DNA of 32,000 nucleotides from the NCBI RefSeq assembly GCF_042660085.1, contig NZ_JBHSTI010000008.1:780001-812000 (forward strand). The letters are read 5' to 3'. Source of the stretch: Longivirga aurantiaca. Lineage in GTDB: Bacteria; Actinomycetota; Actinomycetes; S36-B12; CAIYMF01. The notes under the pieces were generated by a model that ran no database searches, was not told the origin of the DNA, and saw nothing but the letters and a program-made list of their open reading frames with translations. Positions 29,143 through 32,000 of the stretch are shown piece by piece. Numbering within the stretch: position 1 is the stretch's first letter; each line of letters opens with the position of its first letter. Made by a program: the position numbers and the translations under genes.

Positions 29143-31476
29143 GTGACGTCCTCGCCCGCGCCTGCAGCCGCTCGGCCGGCACCCCGCCGACCGGTCTGGA
29201 TGCTGCTGCCGGTGCTCGCCGTGGCCCTTGCCACCGGTGCCGTGCCGGTGGTGCTGGGCGGCGACGGCAGCCCCTCGTGGATGTTCGTCTACGTCGCCCT
29301 GATCGCACTCCTCACGGGCGCCTCCCTGGTCGTCGTGGCCGCCCGTGCCGCGGGACGCCTGCGCGCGGCCTGGGGGCTCCTGGCGGGCTCGTGCCTCGTG
29401 GCCTCGGTCGCCCTCGGCGAGCTCGCCGTGGTCGATCTGCCCAGCCAGGCCTCGTGGGTACCGCGCCTGCTCGCGGCGCTCCTCGCCGCAGCAGCGCTCG
29501 GGACGTTCCCGGGCACCGTGACGGGCCTGCAGCGCTGGGTGCTCCTCGGGCTCGACGGCTGGCTCCTCGGCGGCTCGGTCTTCGTCGCGCTCTGGCTCGC
29601 AACCGTCCCCGGGGCCCGGCTGCTCGACTCGCCCGAGAGCCTCGCGCTCGGCTCGATCTGGCTGCTCGGCGACCTCGCCCTCGTGAGCACCGTGCTCGCG
29701 CTCACGCTGCGGCTGCCGCGGGGCACCCGGGTCGGCGGAGCCGCCCTCGCCCTCGTGGGCGTCGCGCTCGCGCACGGCGACCTCTACCGCGCCTTCGTCG
29801 GGGCCGGCGCGTGGACCCCGATCACGCAGGCGGCGTACGTCGCCTCCTGGACGACCGCGGGCGTGCTCATCGCGGCGACGCCGTGGATCGCGCCGAGCCC
29901 GTTCCGGGCCGGGACGATGCGGGTGCCCACCGGACCGGGGCTGCGGCTTCCGTACCTCGTCGCCTGCATCGCCATCGCGGCCACCACGATCGCCTGGGCG
30001 CTCGGCCGCCCCTCGGACCCGCTGCTGTCGGCCGTGGTCCTCACGCTCCTCTGGTCGCTCGTCACCAGCCAGGTGCTCCTCGCCATCGAGAACCGCCGGC
30101 TCGTCACCCAGGTCAGCCGCCAGGCCGACATGTTCCGCACCAAGGCGACCCAGGACGGCCTGACCGGCCTGCCCAACCGCAGCGAGTTCACCGGCCGCGT
30201 CGAGGCCGCCCTGCACAGCCCCACGCGCGGGCAGGTGGCGGTCCTGTTCATCGACCTGGACGGCTTCAAGGACGTCAACGACTCGTTCGGGCACGCCGTC
30301 GGCGACGAGCTGCTCATCGAGACCGCCACCCGTCTGGCGGCGGAGATCCGCGAGACCGATGTCGTCGCCCGGTTCGGCGGCGACGAGTTCGTCGCGCTGC
30401 TCAGCGACTGCTCCGACGAGACCGCCGTCGAGGTCGCGGAGCGCCTGCGTGCCTCGCTGTCGGCGCCGTACCGCATCGGGCACCGCGAGGTCGTGGTCTC
30501 GGCGAGCATCGGCCTCGCCCGCCCGGGGGAGGACGACGACGCCGAGTCGGCGCTGCGCAACGCCGACCTGGCGCTCTACCGCGCCAAGGAGAGCGGCCGC
30601 GACCGGGTCTCGGTCTTCGAGCCCGCCATGCACGCGTCGGCCCTGCGTCGACTCGACGCCGCCGCCCGTCTGCGGCACGCCCTCGCCCACGACCGGCTGT
30701 CGCTCGCGTACCAGCCGATCGTCGACCTGCGCACCGGCGAGATCTACGCCGTCGAGGCCCTGCTGCGGTTCGACCACGAGGACTTCGCCGACTGGACCGT
30801 CACCGAGGTGATCGAGGCGGCCGAGGAGAGCGGGCTCATCGTGCCCGTCGGCGGCTGGGTGCTCGACAGCGCAGTGCAGATGCTCGGGCAGTGGCTGCGC
30901 GCCGGCATCCGCGCACGTCTCAACGTGAACGTGTCCGCCCGCCAGCTCGAGTCGGGTGGCGAGCTCGCGCTCCAGGTCGAGAACGCGCTCATCTGCTACG
31001 GCGTCCCCGCCGACATGCTCTGCCTCGAGATCACCGAGCACCAGCTCGTCCGCGACCTCGACCACACGACCGTCGAGCTGGAGAAGATCCGCCGTCTCGG
31101 TGTGCGCGTGGCGCTGGACGACTTCGGCACCGGCTACTCGTCGCTGTCCTACCTGCCGCGCCTCCCGCTGGACTCCCTGAAGATCGACCGCGCCCTCACC
31201 TGCCGTGTCGGCTCGGCCCGCGACACGCTGCCGGCCGTCCTGCGCCTCGGCCGCGACCTGGGCCTCGCCGTCGTCGTCGAGGGCATCGAGCGGCACGACC
31301 AGCTCGTCCTGCTCAAGGCGTCGGGGGCCGTGCTCGGCCAGGGGCACCTGCTCAGCCTGCCGCTGGGGGAGCGGGCCGCGACCGATCTGCTGCGCATCGG
31401 CTCGATCCGGATCGAGAACCTGGTCGACGTCGTCCCGTCCCGTCCCGGTGACCGGACTCCGCGTCTCGCGATCTGA
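29143..31476 (+). CDS. polytopic membrane sensor with GGDEF and EAL domains (second copy)
   Basis: This is the 3' part of track ORF 27493..31476. About 330 aa of N-terminal TM helices come first. Then LTGLPNR, IDLDGFKDVND, the I-site RETD five residues before RFGGDEF, and EAL motifs VEALLRF, NVSARQ, LEITEH, DDFGTGYSS, KIDRAL and EGIER. The start is uncertain (GTG 29143 or ATG 29200), with no clear SD or -10 for either. Confidence 0.85.
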   Translation: MTSSPAPAAARPAPRRPVWMLLPVLAVALATGAVPVVLGGDGSPSWMFVYVALIALLTGASLVVVAARAAGRLRAAWGLLAGSCLVASVALGELAVVDLPSQASWVPRLLAALLAAAALGTFPGTVTGLQRWVLLGLDGWLLGGSVFVALWLATVPGARLLDSPESLALGSIWLLGDLALVSTVLALTLRLPRGTRVGGAALALVGVALAHGDLYRAFVGAGAWTPITQAAYVASWTTAGVLIAATPWIAPSPFRAGTMRVPTGPGLRLPYLVACIAIAATTIAWALGRPSDPLLSAVVLTLLWSLVTSQVLLAIENRRLVTQVSRQADMFRTKATQDGLTGLPNRSEFTGRVEAALHSPTRGQVAVLFIDLDGFKDVNDSFGHAVGDELLIETATRLAAEIRETDVVARFGGDEFVALLSDCSDETAVEVAERLRASLSAPYRIGHREVVVSASIGLARPGEDDDAESALRNADLALYRAKESGRDRVSVFEPAMHASALRRLDAAARLRHALAHDRLSLAYQPIVDLRTGEIYAVEALLRFDHEDFADWTVTEVIEAAEESGLIVPVGGWVLDSAVQMLGQWLRAGIRARLNVNVSARQLESGGELALQVENALICYGVPADMLCLEITEHQLVRDLDHTTVELEKIRRLGVRVALDDFGTGYSSLSYLPRLPLDSLKIDRALTCRVGSARDTLPAVLRLGRDLGLAVVVEGIERHDQLVLLKASGAVLGQGHLLSLPLGERAATDLLRIGSIRIENLVDVVPSRPGDRTPRLAI

Positions 31477-31493
31477 GACGTTCGTGTCAGCAC

Positions 31494-31522
31494 GTGACAC
31501 GGTCCGGGCACCCCTGTAGCCT
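31494..31522 (+). promoter_or_regulatory. candidate ilvB-leader promoter: -35 GTGACA, 17-nt spacer, -10 TAGCCT
   Basis: GTGACA (31494-31499) and TAGCCT (31517-31522). The -10 ends 7 nt before the sORF GTG at 31530. The -35 lies in the right arm of a short hairpin, GTGTCA (31484-31489) / TGACAC (31495-31500). Confidence 0.4.
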
Positions 31523-31529
31523 CGTTATC

Positions 31530-31574
31530 GTGTTCACCAGCAACGTCGTCGTAATCCGCGGGCGCGCAGCCTGA
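31530..31574 (+). CDS. ilvB leader peptide sORF (14 codons), branched-chain amino acid attenuator
   Basis: GTG TTC ACC AGC AAC GTC GTC GTA ATC CGC GGG CGC GCA GCC TGA encodes MFTSNVVVIRGRAA. It has a Val-Val-Val-Ile run including a rare GTA codon, has no SD, and is followed by hairpins and a T-tract upstream of ilvB. Confidence 0.55.
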   Translation: MFTSNVVVIRGRAA

Positions 31575-31600
31575 CGGTCTTGTCGTCGACTGCGCGCACC

Positions 31601-31631
31601 CCTCGCCGCCCGTTCGGGCCGGGGGGTTTTT
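31601..31631 (+). terminator. attenuator terminator: GC-rich hairpin plus TTTTT upstream of ilvB
   Basis: 31601-31611 (CCTCGCCGCCC) pairs with 31616-31626 (GGGCCGGGGGG), giving about 10 bp with two single-nt bulges and loop GTTC. TTTTT (31627-31631) follows immediately. This is the only clear stem-plus-U-tract terminator in the window, 56 nt upstream of the ilvB ATG. Confidence 0.6.
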
Positions 31632-31686
31632 CGTTGCCCGACCCGCCTGACACCACCCGAGAACCACGCACCCCAGCGAGGAAGCC

Positions 31687-32000
31687 ATGACAGACCGGAT
31701 CACCGGAGCCCAGAGCCTCGTGCGCTCGCTGGAGCGCGCTGGGGTCGACGTCGTCTTCGGTATCCCGGGCGGAGCCATCCTCCCGGCGTACGACCCGCTC
31801 ATGGACTCGCAGCAGGTACGCCACATCCTCACCCGCCACGAGCAGGGCGCCGGCCATGCGGCCGAGGGCTACGCGCAGGCGACCGGACGCGTCGGTGTCT
31901 GCATGGCGACCTCCGGCCCGGGCGCGACCAACCTCGTGACGCCGATCGCCGACGCCTACATGGACTCCGTGCCGATGGTCGCGATCACCGGTCAGGTGCC
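31687..32000 (+). CDS. ilvB: acetolactate synthase (acetohydroxyacid synthase) large subunit, 5' part, continues beyond window
   Basis: Absent from the ORF track because it is open at the window edge. Hand translation gives [104 protein letters not shown], the canonical ThDP-enzyme N-terminus. GAGGAAG lies 3 nt upstream of the ATG. Confidence 0.9.
   Translation, partial: MTDRITGAQSLVRSLERAGVDVVFGIPGGAILPAYDPLMDSQQVRHILTRHEQGAGHAAEGYAQATGRVGVCMATSGPGATNLVTPIADAYMDSVPMVAITGQV

Noticed and set aside
27493-31476. 1327-aa plus-strand ORF suggesting an ilvD-overlapping fusion with the GGDEF-EAL protein
   Set aside because: The first 550 or so codons overlap ilvD in another frame and translate to Arg/Pro/Gly-rich nonsense. 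A 15-bp terminator hairpin lies inside this part. The real gene starts around 29143-29200, where TM helices begin.

Overview
This is a very GC-rich, densely coding actinobacterial chromosome segment. GC content was judged by eye, not computed. The gene content looks Micrococcales-like, but taxonomy cannot be settled from sequence alone. I support 26 protein-coding genes plus one leader sORF. I saw no rRNA, tRNA, CRISPR array, IS element or prophage signature. Most of the window is conserved housekeeping and runs colinear with the M. tuberculosis Rv3032 to Rv3003c block. On the minus strand this block is GT4 glucosyltransferase, GH57 and a SAM methyltransferase. On the plus strand it is etfBA, iscS-like, mnmA, a MetE-C-terminal-like protein, ligA, gatCAB, ilvD and the ilvB leader with the ilvB 5' end. 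Several accessory genes are inserted into this backbone. They are an exported DUF1800-DUF1501-FN3/Ig operon, two polytopic GGDEF-EAL proteins, an APH-fold kinase coupled to gatB, a 2-hydroxyacid dehydrogenase and a SHOCT membrane protein. The left end carries a partial CPBP protease, a saccharopine-dehydrogenase-like reductase, a ZIP transporter and a YciI protein. The best candidate for undescribed biology is the DUF1800-DUF1501-FN3 trio: three tightly coupled exported proteins of unknown function. The clearest regulatory signals are an apparently leaderless ilvB attenuator (sORF MFTSNVVVIRGRAA plus a terminator hairpin and T-tract) and a recurrent TAnnnT-N6/7-start architecture at six unit-initial starts. 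Most long ORFs in the supplied track are out-of-frame or antisense artefacts of the high GC content. All family assignments come from motif recognition in the translations, not from database searches.
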